Assembly (NCBI GenBank): GCA_043825875.1
Contig: JBDRRF010000074.1
Coordinates: forward strand, 1 to 45,039
DNA length: 45,039 bases
DNA from: Pseudomonadota bacterium
GTDB lineage: Bacteria > Desulfobacterota > Desulfobacteria > Desulfobacterales > RPRI01
Reading direction: 5' to 3'
The notes under the pieces were generated by a model, which was not told the DNA's origin, made no database searches, and saw only the letters and a list, made by a program, of their open reading frames with translations. The translations under genes were made by a program, and so were the position numbers. Position 1 is the stretch's first letter. Every line of letters begins with the position of its first letter. Below, in pieces: positions 9,405 to 18,731 of the stretch.

Positions 9405-11725
9405 TATTCTTTACCTCCTTTCTTTTCAAGGGCCCTTAAAATTCGTTCCGGGGTAATGGGAAGTTCTTTTATTCTGGCACCGGTAGCATAATATATTGCA
9501 TTAGCTATAGCGGGAATTGTGGGGATATTTGCACCTTCACTTGCTTCCTTGGCTCCGAATGGTCCTTCCGTATCCATAGATTCCACAATGATGGATTGCA
9601 CATCAGGCATATCTTCTGCTGTCGGGATCTTGTAATCCAAAAATGAATTAGTCATAGACCATCCCTTTTCCGTCCTATAGTCTTCACACGTTGCCTGACC
9701 AAAGGTCATGGAAACACAGCCTTCAATTTGTCCTTCAACCGCCATTCGATTTATGGCAAAACCGCAGTCATGAGCAGCAGCAATTTTTGGTACTTTCACA
9801 ACACCTGTTTCTTCATCCACTTCCACTTCTGCAGCATGGCAACCAAAACTCCAGGTACAAGCCAAACTGACTTTGCCTTCCGCAAATCCGCTTACATCTC
9901 CTGTATCAACAGGCGGGTTATAATAGCCTACAGTAGATAGAGGTATTCTTTTTACTTTTAGACGAGTCTGAACAGCTTGTTTTATAGTTAAACCTTTTTC
10001 CGGGTTACCCTTGATATATATCCTTCCGTCTCTTGCCTCAAGATCCTCTTTGTTTGCTTCAAGCGCTTCTGCTGCGGTTTCTATAAGTTCTTCCTTGATT
10101 TTGTTTGCAGCCATTTTGGCGGCGTTTCCGGCACACACTATAAGCCTGCTGCCGTAAGTCCCAAGATCCATAGGTGTTGTTGCCGTATCTGCGGCAATGA
10201 CTTTAATCGGATCAATACTGGCCAGTCCGATTTCTTCTGCTGCAATCATAGCCAGAGCCGTTTCTGAACCCTGGCCTAAGTCGGTTGAACCGCTGTAAAG
10301 CAGAAAAGAGCCGTCTTCTTCAGCAGTCATGTTCACACCTGAATGTGAAGGAGGGTTGGTAAAGAAATAAGAGAATCCGGGTCCTGATGCAAAGAAGTTG
10401 GAAGCAAGCCCCACACCCCTTCCTCTGGGAAGCTTTTTCCAATTTTCTTTCCAGCCGATACCTTTGGAAGCCGTGTCCAAAGATTCAACATGGCCGCAGC
10501 TTCTTATTTTAAATTTATTAACGGTTGTATCTCCGGCTTTAAGGGCATTAATCTTTCGTATTTCTATGGGATCCACATTAAGTTTTTCCGCTATTATATC
10601 CATCATTGTTTCTATAACGAAACGGGGCTGAATTCCGCCATGGCCTCTTTGTGCTCCGCAGTAAGGCTTGTTTGTATATATCCTTCGTGCGTCACACTTG
10701 AAATTATTCAGTCTGTAAGGCCCGTGTTGAAAGACTGCCATAGCAAAAATGGATATCATGGAAACACCCTGATAAGCTCCTCCATCGCAAAGGATCTTGG
10801 AGTCAAAGCCCATTATGCGGCCATCTTTTTTAACTCCTATTTTTTGTTCTATCATAGCTGCATGGCGTCTTGTACAAGTAGAAATATCTTCTTCTCTGGT
10901 ATAAGAAATCGTTACAGGCTTGCCGGTAATTTTGGAAAGCAGGGCTGATACCGGAAAAAGACTATGAACATCGCCCTTTCCTCCGAATCCTCCACCAACA
11001 TGGGGTTTTATTATCCTGACCTTGTTTACCGGTATTCCTATAGTTTCCGCAATGCATACCTTGTCATAAAACGGTGTTTGAGTACTAGGCCATATTGTTA
11101 CATCTCCCGAGGCATAATATTCGGCGGTAACTGCATGCGGTTCTATATAGGAGTGATATGTTTGCTGGGTTTCATACTTGTCTTCCAGTATAAAATCAGA
11201 TTCTGCAAAAGCCTTATCTACATCTCCGTGATGAAATGCTGTCATTGTTGAGATATTTCCGGGAAAATATTCATGAATCTGTATAGCATCCGGTTTCATT
11301 GCTTCATAGATATCAAAAAGAGCCGGAAGCTCTTCGTAGTCAACTTTTATTAGCTCCAGTGCTTCCATTGCCGTATCTTCGTCTACCGCAGCAACAGCAG
11401 CTACCTCATCACCGATAAAACGCACCTTTTGCTTAGCAAGAGAAAACTTGTCTCTGATAATCTCGGGCAAAGGTTCAACTCTCATAATACCATGTGGAAC
11501 ATCGGTTATATCTTTTCCTGTAACAACTGCCCTGACTCCCTTAAGCTTGAGCGCCTTTGATGTATCTATATTAAGAATTTTGGCATGGGGTAAAGGACTC
11601 CTTAAGATTTTTCCGATAAGCATTCCGGGAAGAATAAAGTCACCGGCAAATTTAGCAGAGCCGGTAGCCTTAATTGCGCTATCTGTTCTGACTTGTCTTT
11701 TTCCTATTATCGAGTATTTTTCCAT
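9404..11725 (-). CDS. hcrA: Xanthine dehydrogenase-family molybdopterin subunit, 4-hydroxybenzoyl-CoA reductase alpha-like
   Basis: GGGFGGK, QRGHG, DLGQG, EGQIEG and GPFGAKEASEG motifs; C-A-B gene order. Confidence 0.75.
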   Translation of the reverse strand: MEKYSIIGKRQVRTDSAIKATGSAKFAGDFILPGMLIGKILRSPLPHAKILNIDTSKALKLKGVRAVVTGKDITDVPHGIMRVEPLPEIIRDKFSLAKQKVRFIGDEVAAVAAVDEDTAMEALELIKVDYEELPALFDIYEAMKPDAIQIHEYFPGNISTMTAFHHGDVDKAFAESDFILEDKYETQQTYHSYIEPHAVTAEYYASGDVTIWPSTQTPFYDKVCIAETIGIPVNKVRIIKPHVGGGFGGKGDVHSLFPVSALLSKITGKPVTISYTREEDISTCTRRHAAMIEQKIGVKKDGRIMGFDSKILCDGGAYQGVSMISIFAMAVFQHGPYRLNNFKCDARRIYTNKPYCGAQRGHGGIQPRFVIETMMDIIAEKLNVDPIEIRKINALKAGDTTVNKFKIRSCGHVESLDTASKGIGWKENWKKLPRGRGVGLASNFFASGPGFSYFFTNPPSHSGVNMTAEEDGSFLLYSGSTDLGQGSETALAMIAAEEIGLASIDPIKVIAADTATTPMDLGTYGSRLIVCAGNAAKMAANKIKEELIETAAEALEANKEDLEARDGRIYIKGNPEKGLTIKQAVQTRLKVKRIPLSTVGYYNPPVDTGDVSGFAEGKVSLACTWSFGCHAAEVEVDEETGVVKVPKIAAAHDCGFAINRMAVEGQIEGCVSMTFGQATCEDYRTEKGWSMTNSFLDYKIPTAEDMPDVQSIIVESMDTEGPFGAKEASEGANIPTIPAIANAIYYATGARIKELPITPERILRALEKKGGKE

Positions 11726-11740
11726 TTTGCTCTCCTTTAT

Positions 11741-12199
11741 TTACTTTGCTGTAACCTCAATGGCTTCTATAATCTTGGTGTATCCGGTGCAACGGCATAA
11801 ATTACCTGAAATACCCCTTTTTATTTCAGCTCTGGTGGGCTTCGGGTTTTCATCAAGCATTGCCTTGGCGGACAATATCATTCCAGGGGTACAGTAACCA
11901 CATTGGATAGCACCGTAATCCACAAAATTTTGCTGCAATGGATTAAGTTTGCCTTCCTTTGCTAATCCTTCGATAGTAGTGATTTCTTTTCCGTGAGCAG
12001 CAGCAGCAAGAGTAAGACAGGCAAGAACCGACTTTCCGTCCATAATAACCGTGCAGGCTCCGCAGGCTCCCAGATCGCAGCCTTCTTTTGATCCGGTCAG
12101 ACCGAGATTTTCCCTTAAAACCTCAAGTAAAGTTCTGTGAGGATCAACAGCTGTCTCATAAGATTCCCCATTTACCTTTAACTCAATAACTTGTTTCAT
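11741..12199 (-). CDS. hcrC: 2x[2Fe-2S] subunit, 4-hydroxybenzoyl-CoA reductase gamma-like
   Basis: GCDLGACGAC..C and QCGYC...NLCRCTGY. Confidence 0.75.
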   Translation of the reverse strand: MKQVIELKVNGESYETAVDPHRTLLEVLRENLGLTGSKEGCDLGACGACTVIMDGKSVLACLTLAAAAHGKEITTIEGLAKEGKLNPLQQNFVDYGAIQCGYCTPGMILSAKAMLDENPKPTRAEIKRGISGNLCRCTGYTKIIEAIEVTAK

Positions 12200-12298
12200 T
12201 ACAGGTCTCCTTTTTTATTTTAAAGAATATCTAATAGATATAATTCAATTTATTATTATTGCTTTATTAAGAACAATCGTTTTGCAATGTAATTCTGT

Positions 12299-12314
12299 TG
12301 CTTAAATCGTGCCA
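12299..12314 (-). promoter_or_regulatory. sigma54 (-24/-12) promoter of the hcr-like operon
   Basis: Minus strand TGGCACGATTTAAGCA (GG-N10-GC), 100 bp upstream of hcrC, next to a sigma54 activator gene. Confidence 0.75.
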
Positions 12315-12388
12315 ATATTTTTATATATATAATATCAATTAATTAAGTCCATAATAATAGAATAATTCGATAGAATAAAAAGTAATTA

Positions 12389-12430
12389 ATCTGTATTTAG
12401 AAATTTAGTTTCTATATTTAGAAATTTAGT
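12389..12430. promoter_or_regulatory. Tandem putative activator (UAS) sites
   Basis: TATTTAGAAATTTAGT repeated with a 21-bp period (12394-12409, 12415-12430), overlapping the palindrome TTCTA-N4-TAGAA. Confidence 0.55.
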
Positions 12431-12505
12431 GTACGTTATTCAAAATACAGTAGTTTTATATAGAAAACTTTTTAAAACATTAAACACAGAACAAGCGAGC
12501 ATGAA

Positions 12506-14053
12506 ATGAACATAAACGAAAAAGACTTTTTTCATCAGGTTACTATTCGCATATGCGGAAGTCTTGAAATAGATCGAGCTTTAATGCATTCTTTTCAGTA
12601 TCTAAAAGATTTTATCCCCCTGGATGAAATGTGGCTGGCTTTACTTGATAAAGACGTAGGAGGGTTGAGAGCCATAGCCATTGCTGATCATTCAGGTGTA
12701 AAAAAAATGGATGCCATCATTCCAATCCCCAAGGTTGTCAGAAACAGGCTTGACAAACAGGATTTCACACCCAAAAAAGTTATTAAAATTAATAAGATGG
12801 AACTAATTAATTTATCAAACTTTTTAGGTTATCCTGATTCATCACTTATGATTTTACCTTTATTAACAGATGGAGTCAAGACGGGATCTTTGGTTATGAG
12901 AGCGGCGGGAAAAGAAATATATTCAGATTCGCATGCTGAACTGCTTACTTTGCTTCATGACCCTTTTGCAGTTGCATTATCCAATGCGCTAAGACATGAA
13001 GATGTTCTCAAATTAAAGGATATGCTGGCTGATGAAAACCAATATCTTATCAGTGAACTGCGGCAATTATCCGGCGAAGAAATTGTTGGAGCGGAATCAG
13101 GTCTGAAAAATGTCATGGATATGGTTCATCAGGTCGCTCCAAGAGATAACCCTGTACTGCTTTTGGGGGAAACCGGTGTAGGAAAGGAAGTTATAGCCAA
13201 TGCCATCCATTATTCTTCACCCCGAAAAGGCGGCCCGTTTATAAAAGTTAATAGTGGTGCTATTCCTGAAGGACTTATCGACAGTGAACTTTTCGGGCAT
13301 GAAAAAGGTGCATTTACAGGCGCTATTAATCAAAAACGGGGACGGTTTGAACGTGCACACGGAGGGACAATCTTTTTAGATGAGATAGGCGATTTGCCTA
13401 TTCAGGCACAAAGCAGATTGTTACGGGTTATTCAGCAAAAAGAGCTGGAACGTGTAGGAGGAGCTAAAACTATCCAGGTTGATACCCGCATTATAGCTGC
13501 TACTCACCGTAACCTGGAACACATGGTTGCAAAGAATAGATTCAGGGAAGATTTATGGTATAGACTGAGCATATTTCCGATTATAATTCCCCCTTTAAGG
13601 CAGCGAAAATCCGATATTCCCGAGCTTGTTGAACATTTCCTGAAACGCAAATCAAGAGAATTAAATTTGCGCGGTATTCCCCCAATAGCACCCGGTGCTG
13701 TTGAGCGGCTTATGGATTATCCATGGAAGGGTAATGTGCGGGAACTGGAAAATATGGTGGAAAGGGCACTGATACAATATAGCGGCGGTTTACTGAATTT
13801 CGGCCATTCCATTTTTTCCCAGGTTGAGGAGACACAAGAGCTTTCCAGCTCAGATGGCAGAATGCTCACGCTAAGCGAAATCAATGCCCGTCATATTCAA
13901 AAAGTGCTGGAAGTAACAAAAGGGAAAATTAACGGGCCCGGAGGAACAGCAGATATTCTTGGCATACACCCCAGTACATTAAGATGTAAAATGGACAAGC
14001 TTGGAATTAAATACGGAAAAAACAGCAGGTTCGGGGCTTCAAAAGCCCTATAG
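12506..14053 (+). CDS. sigma54-dependent transcriptional activator, GAF-AAA-HTH (FhlA-like)
   Basis: GETGVGKE, ELFGHEKGAFTGA, FLDEIG, WKGNVREL and a C-terminal HTH; N-terminal GAF-like region. Confidence 0.92.
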   Translation: MNINEKDFFHQVTIRICGSLEIDRALMHSFQYLKDFIPLDEMWLALLDKDVGGLRAIAIADHSGVKKMDAIIPIPKVVRNRLDKQDFTPKKVIKINKMELINLSNFLGYPDSSLMILPLLTDGVKTGSLVMRAAGKEIYSDSHAELLTLLHDPFAVALSNALRHEDVLKLKDMLADENQYLISELRQLSGEEIVGAESGLKNVMDMVHQVAPRDNPVLLLGETGVGKEVIANAIHYSSPRKGGPFIKVNSGAIPEGLIDSELFGHEKGAFTGAINQKRGRFERAHGGTIFLDEIGDLPIQAQSRLLRVIQQKELERVGGAKTIQVDTRIIAATHRNLEHMVAKNRFREDLWYRLSIFPIIIPPLRQRKSDIPELVEHFLKRKSRELNLRGIPPIAPGAVERLMDYPWKGNVRELENMVERALIQYSGGLLNFGHSIFSQVEETQELSSSDGRMLTLSEINARHIQKVLEVTKGKINGPGGTADILGIHPSTLRCKMDKLGIKYGKNSRFGASKAL

Positions 14054-14085
14054 CATTTATATGCCAGGCTGCCTGGCGAAGTATT

Positions 14086-14117
14086 AACAGATTTATAGCA
14101 ATTGCCATAAATCTGTT
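14086..14117. terminator. Palindrome between convergent genes, probable bidirectional terminator
   Basis: AACAGATTTAT-AGCAATTGCC-ATAAATCTGTT. Confidence 0.55.
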
Positions 14118-14136
14118 CGGTTTGGGTATAGCTCGG

Positions 14137-14574
14137 TTACTTCAATTGGGTATCAACCGATTTATTCAGCAATTTCTGAGCTTCTACAAGTAATTTATAT
14201 TTTGACAAAATTTTATCCATATTTTTTGACAAAACCGCCTTCAATAAATCTCCCTCTATTTCAGCAACCTCAAGTCTTTCATAATAATCCATCATCTCTT
14301 TGAGGTGGGCTATTACTATCTTGCCTGTTAAAATCGGGTGATTGTTTGTTACATTTGCGTCCTCAAATCTTGTCCCATGTTCCAACTCAACTTCCAAACC
14401 TTTTATAAAAGCCTCAAGGGGTATGTTCATTTTCTGGGTATTCACCATATTGAGTATCGTGGCCGCCTCTTTTTCAGAAATATTTGAATCCTTGATATCA
14501 GTCCAGTCACGAATTCCCATTTCCTTACAAACCCGCTTTACTTCATCAACAGTTATATAATCCGGTAAATTCAT
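14137..14574 (-). CDS. Conserved hypothetical protein (DUF5661-like)
   Basis: GLEVELEHG..TN.HPILTGKIVIAHLKE..DYY.RL pattern; AAGGA RBS. Confidence 0.7.
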   Translation of the reverse strand: MNLPDYITVDEVKRVCKEMGIRDWTDIKDSNISEKEAATILNMVNTQKMNIPLEAFIKGLEVELEHGTRFEDANVTNNHPILTGKIVIAHLKEMMDYYERLEVAEIEGDLLKAVLSKNMDKILSKYKLLVEAQKLLNKSVDTQLK

Positions 14575-14641
14575 AATATTTTCCTTTCATGGTTGATAAT
14601 AAGTTCTCTTCATCAGCCAAAGATTGTAGAAGAAATTATTA

Positions 14642-14850
14642 TCACATTTTGAATTGTGAGTTAAACTTCTGAAATTCGGCCCTTATTTTCTTATCCGATT
14701 TCATTTGCTCCCTTATAGCAGAAACACTTTTGCTGATTGAGGAGTAGCTGACTCCAAAAACTCTTCCTATTTCTTCATTTTTATATAAACCCGTTTCCCA
14801 ACATAAATTTATTAGTAAATCACTTTTGTTTCTCCTCACCGGTTAGCAAT
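14642..14850 (-). pseudogene. C-terminal HTH remnant of a REP-associated (Y1/HUH) transposase-like gene
   Basis: DLLINLCWETGLYKNEEIGRVFGVSYSSIS...NSQFKM resembles the DnaA_C-like HTH tail of such transposases; apparent frameshift near 14825; catalytic domain absent. Confidence 0.55.
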
Positions 14851-14904
14851 TGGCGGGTCATAGCGCCTTCTTTGAAATATATAATGCCGTAAAGCTAAAA
14901 CCAA

Positions 14905-15810
14905 TTATGAAAATACCGCCTTGAACGCTGTGAACGTTTTGTCCATCCCGGCGGAAAAAGATGTGTATTCAAACCCAAAGCGCTGTGTCATTTTCTCTCC
15001 GCTGCACAAATCGTCTTCGTCCAGCGGAAACGGCAGAGGGATATTTTCAGCTATGACCTGTGATACCGTCACCGGCTGTTTTGGAAACGGTGCCCCGTAG
15101 CAGCGCTCCAGCTCGGAAAGCAGAGAAGTATATGTCACCTCCTCCACACCTGCCAGATTGAACTCCTCGTTATATGCCTTATTGTTTCCCACAAACAGCT
15201 CAAGAGCGCGAGCGAGGTCCAAAACATATACCATACTGAACTTTGCACTTGCGTCCGTAAGCTCAGGCACAAAGAGGCCCTTTAGTATCTGCTGTATGAA
15301 ATACGACTCCCGAGGAACGTAATTATACGGTCCGTATATGAAGGTCGGGCGCACTATCGTATATGGTATTCCCATGGAAGCACATGCGTCTTTCAACTCA
15401 TGTTCCAGTTTTATTTTGTAGGATATATATTCTGATATTGGGTCTGTTCCTTCCTCTTCTACCAAGGGGGAGCTCTCTTTTTTCACACCTGTTGTCACGT
15501 ACACACTGCTAGTACTTATGAATATATACTGCCCTGTCCTGCTGAGCAGCAAATTGATGATCGCGCTTATTTCTCCGGGAATATAGCCGCAGAAATCTAT
15601 AACCGCATCAAATTTTATATCGGGCAGTATTTTGGAGAGCTTTTCCACATCATGCCTGTCGCATTTATACTCACATACGCCGGGCAGATTAAGAGTATAT
15701 GTGCCTCGGTTCACCACATGCAGCGCGATCTTGTCACCTTTTGAAATGTTTATGCAAAAAACTCTGCCGGCAAAATAACTGCCGCCGATAACAAGTACAT
15801 TTTTCTTCAT
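14905..15810 (-). CDS. NAD-dependent epimerase/dehydratase family (atypical SDR)
   Basis: VLVIGGSYFAG, FISTSSVY, YISYK (YxxxK), RPTFIYGP; GAGG RBS. Confidence 0.88.
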   Translation of the reverse strand: MKKNVLVIGGSYFAGRVFCINISKGDKIALHVVNRGTYTLNLPGVCEYKCDRHDVEKLSKILPDIKFDAVIDFCGYIPGEISAIINLLLSRTGQYIFISTSSVYVTTGVKKESSPLVEEEGTDPISEYISYKIKLEHELKDACASMGIPYTIVRPTFIYGPYNYVPRESYFIQQILKGLFVPELTDASAKFSMVYVLDLARALELFVGNNKAYNEEFNLAGVEEVTYTSLLSELERCYGAPFPKQPVTVSQVIAENIPLPFPLDEDDLCSGEKMTQRFGFEYTSFSAGMDKTFTAFKAVFS

Positions 15811-16196
15811 AGTATACCTCTTGTTTATAATGGGGTGGAAGCTATCAAAGGAAGCTGTTCTTTATGGATAATATTTTTAATTCGATATTTTAACAATAAT
15901 TATAACCAAAGGCAAGGGTAACAATTTGATGAGTATAATTCTCCTGTCCCTTTTATTTTATATCAACACTAATAACTTGCCGTCTATTAAAATATCTGAA
16001 ATACACCAACGAATCTCCAATATTTTGTATTATTGCGACAAAAACTGTGCAAGGGATGCTGTGTTCGGAACCTGTGTTGAAATTGTATTGCAAGAAGCGA
16101 TTTTTAGTAAATTCAAACTATATTAATAAGATATACACCACATACTAATACAACGTATAAAGGGTAACAGTAATAAAATTTGGATTGATCAATAGA

Positions 16197-16212
16197 TGGC
16201 ACAAAATTCGCT
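16197..16212 (+). promoter_or_regulatory. Putative sigma54 promoter
   Basis: TGGCACAAAATTCGCT (GG-N10-GC) about 60 bp upstream of a small ORF. Confidence 0.6.
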
Positions 16213-16272
16213 TCAAAAGTAAGTAAGGGCAAATATGCAAGTGAGTTTTAATAATGCAAGGAGGTCATGTTT

Positions 16273-16482
16273 ATGCATGCAAATATCAGCATCGGAGACA
16301 AGGTCAGAATCTACAATAAGGAGGATTTTAAAGGCTTGATGCCCGGATTTTATGAGATGTACGTTATAGATGAAGATTCAAATAGTTTTGCTGTAGATTC
16401 ATTTGAAAAATTGTGGTTTTGTCGCCATAGCGGAAAATCGTATGCCGGCAATGCTACAGTTATTAAAAAGTTGTTAGTATAA
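16273..16482 (+). CDS. Small hypothetical protein (69-71 aa)
   Basis: Strong AAGGAGG RBS at 16258-16264, better spaced to ATG 16273 than to 16267; sigma54-like promoter upstream. Confidence 0.6.
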   Translation: MHANISIGDKVRIYNKEDFKGLMPGFYEMYVIDEDSNSFAVDSFEKLWFCRHSGKSYAGNATVIKKLLV

Positions 16483-16488
16483 TTCTTA

Positions 16489-17109
16489 TCAATTACCGGA
16501 CATTTTTTGCTCGATTGCCTCCAGTGTCTCGAAACCATAGCTTTTAGCTGTGTTTATTAATATTTCGAGAGGAAGATTTATATTCTTAGCCGCTGCTTCA
16601 AGGGTATCTTTCAGGCAAAGCGCAAGCGTTGCCTCGGAATAGGTAAGCAGCTCACTTTTAAGATAGTTGTCGATTGAAGCGAAACTTCCCATTTTGTTGT
16701 CTGTTGCAGTGAGCGGACGTCCAAGCGAAAACAATTTCGGATATTTTCCGGACGCATCTATGGCCCATTTTAAGTGATACTTCATGATCTTATCAACAAG
16801 TTCACGAGCCTTGGATGTTACAGGAGGAAGCTGGTTTTTAATAGCTTCATATTCTTCAGGAAAGGTTATTTCCATCATTCGCGCGTATTTTATCGTCACC
16901 AGGTTTATTTGACTTTCTTTCGCGACTTTCAGATCATTTAAGTAGCTGGCTAGTGTATCCATGCCCCATGTATCGGCCTGTGCCTTTCGCATTACAATAA
17001 AGGTCGGTTTGTTATCCTGACAAGAGGCCCGTTCATCGGCATTTTGGACTTTTGTAAACATTTCCCATTCAATCTCAAGTATAATTTTTATTAATTCCTC
17101 GCGTTCCAT
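16489..17109 (-). CDS. DUF4125-like protein
   Basis: EWEMF..V.N...RASCQD...F..MRK.Q...SYL.DL...NL...KYARMM; AAGGAG RBS. Confidence 0.8.
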   Translation of the reverse strand: MEREELIKIILEIEWEMFTKVQNADERASCQDNKPTFIVMRKAQADTWGMDTLASYLNDLKVAKESQINLVTIKYARMMEITFPEEYEAIKNQLPPVTSKARELVDKIMKYHLKWAIDASGKYPKLFSLGRPLTATDNKMGSFASIDNYLKSELLTYSEATLALCLKDTLEAAAKNINLPLEILINTAKSYGFETLEAIEQKMSGN

Positions 17110-17124
17110 ATAAAAGACTCCTTT

Positions 17125-18051
17125 CTAATCAGCCCAGGGTACCATCATCTGGAGATTCTCATCTTGTATTTTCTGCTGAATTTGGGGCCCGTGGTCTAAA
17201 AGGAAATCCGATGGTGAATCGGTAAGTCCCATATCCTTCAGTTGGTTTATTATCAAGCCGCAAAGAGTTTCAATACTGCGAATATTTTCTTCAAATGAGC
17301 CTGAAGTTGCAAGAGCGGCAAGTAAATTGTAGCTTTGTTCTCCTAATACCGGCAAAGCCTTAAGACCTTTGTGCATCCATTTGTAAAAGGGTTTATACCT
17401 GTTGTTCATTAAGTATATCATGGAGGTAGCTGTGTCGGTAAACTCGGCAACAGCCATTTGAGCTGCGACAAATTCGCTTCTTTTGATACTGCGGTCATAA
17501 TTATACTGGCCGGACTGCGCCATCTTCATGCAGCGCGCAGCCATCATTTTCAGCCTCTGATCCTCAGGATATCCGGCAAGCAATGCATTTCGAAACTTTG
17601 TGAACTCTTTCAACGGGTCGCAAAAAACCTCCCCGTTTGTGACAATTGAAAGGTTTACCTCCGGGAGAAGGCGCCATTCACGAATTGTTTCCGGCGGATG
17701 ATCCATTCCGATAAATCTTGTATAAAATCCCGGAATCGTAAATACGCCCTCGCGCCCTTCACCATATTGGCTGGTATTTACCCCCTCATACCCCAAAAAT
17801 TGCTTGGGTATTTTTGATACCGCCTCCTGAAGCTTTTCACCAAATTCCCCGAAATCGGCAGGTGTCAGCCAGATCATGACACGCGGCCCGAAATCATGAT
17901 CCTGCGATATTTCATCATCAAAACCATAGCATTCCGAGCCTTCACCCACAAGACCGAATGCCATCTTCAAAATACGATCCCCGAAAACTTTTTCAATTGC
18001 GGGTCTGTATATTTGATCATAATACCTGCGGCAAAGTTCAAGTCCTTTCAT
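17125..18051 (-). CDS. DUF4037-containing putative Pol-beta-like nucleotidyltransferase
   Basis: GLVGEGSECYGFDDEISQDHDFGP (GS-x11-DxD), TNGEVF.D, GQYNY.R and Y.PFYKW. Confidence 0.8.
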   Translation of the reverse strand: MKGLELCRRYYDQIYRPAIEKVFGDRILKMAFGLVGEGSECYGFDDEISQDHDFGPRVMIWLTPADFGEFGEKLQEAVSKIPKQFLGYEGVNTSQYGEGREGVFTIPGFYTRFIGMDHPPETIREWRLLPEVNLSIVTNGEVFCDPLKEFTKFRNALLAGYPEDQRLKMMAARCMKMAQSGQYNYDRSIKRSEFVAAQMAVAEFTDTATSMIYLMNNRYKPFYKWMHKGLKALPVLGEQSYNLLAALATSGSFEENIRSIETLCGLIINQLKDMGLTDSPSDFLLDHGPQIQQKIQDENLQMMVPWAD

Positions 18052-18078
18052 AATATCATGCGGTCCCTGTTATCTTGT

Positions 18079-18501
18079 TTATTCCAGTACTTTAATATTC
18101 TGCTTTGTAAATTCGCATTTTTGTTCGCTTCCCATTTCTTCATACAATGGCAAAGCTTTTTTGAAATACTCCAGCGCCTCTTTTATTTCTCCCTTCATGG
18201 CATGTATATAGGCAATATTTGTGAATTGATCCGCAATTCCTTCTTTATGTCCGATTTCCTCAAAAAGGGGCAATGCCTTATGATATTCTTCGAGAGACAG
18301 GTTATACTCCTCCATGTTTCTATAAACCGACCCGATATTTCCCAGTTGCAAGGCTGCATAAAGTTTTTCGCCAAGCTCTTTGAATAAAAGAAAGGCTTTA
18401 TGAAAATTATCAAGAGCCATATCATAGTCTTGTTTTCTCGCATGATTTAAGCCATCATTTGAATAAAGTTTTGCTTTTTCAAGCTTTTCAAGTTTATCCA
18501 T
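18079..18501 (-). CDS. Tetratricopeptide repeat protein
   Basis: About three TPR-like repeats (A...F.KA, LGNIGSVY, AL.YF.KAL); GGAG RBS. Confidence 0.85.
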   Translation of the reverse strand: MDKLEKLEKAKLYSNDGLNHARKQDYDMALDNFHKAFLLFKELGEKLYAALQLGNIGSVYRNMEEYNLSLEEYHKALPLFEEIGHKEGIADQFTNIAYIHAMKGEIKEALEYFKKALPLYEEMGSEQKCEFTKQNIKVLE

Positions 18502-18731
18502 TGCATATCTCCATTGGTTACATCGGATATAACAATACCGGAACGGGCAAAATACAGCCTTGCCCTATCCCCCAGGATATTTATACACTTTAACTACAAA
18601 CTGACATTTGGCAAGAATAAAACATAGTAATGTCAGAAACAAATGAAATAATTTTGAATTGATTATAAAGAAGTAATCATCTATGTTTGGAATTATGCAA
18701 TTTATGCAAGGAAATCATAAGGGAAACAACA

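Noticed and set aside
8412..12199. Aerobic CO dehydrogenase (coxMSL) or selenocysteine recoding
   Set aside because: No AYxCSFR motif; ORFs are full-length with no in-frame TGA.
14839..14842. CCGG as the breakpoint of the transposase remnant
   Set aside because: Transposase-like coding seems to continue past it in another frame, so it is not a clear junction.
15926..16126. 66-aa ORF
   Set aside because: TTG start, no RBS, no motifs; overlaps a likely regulatory region.
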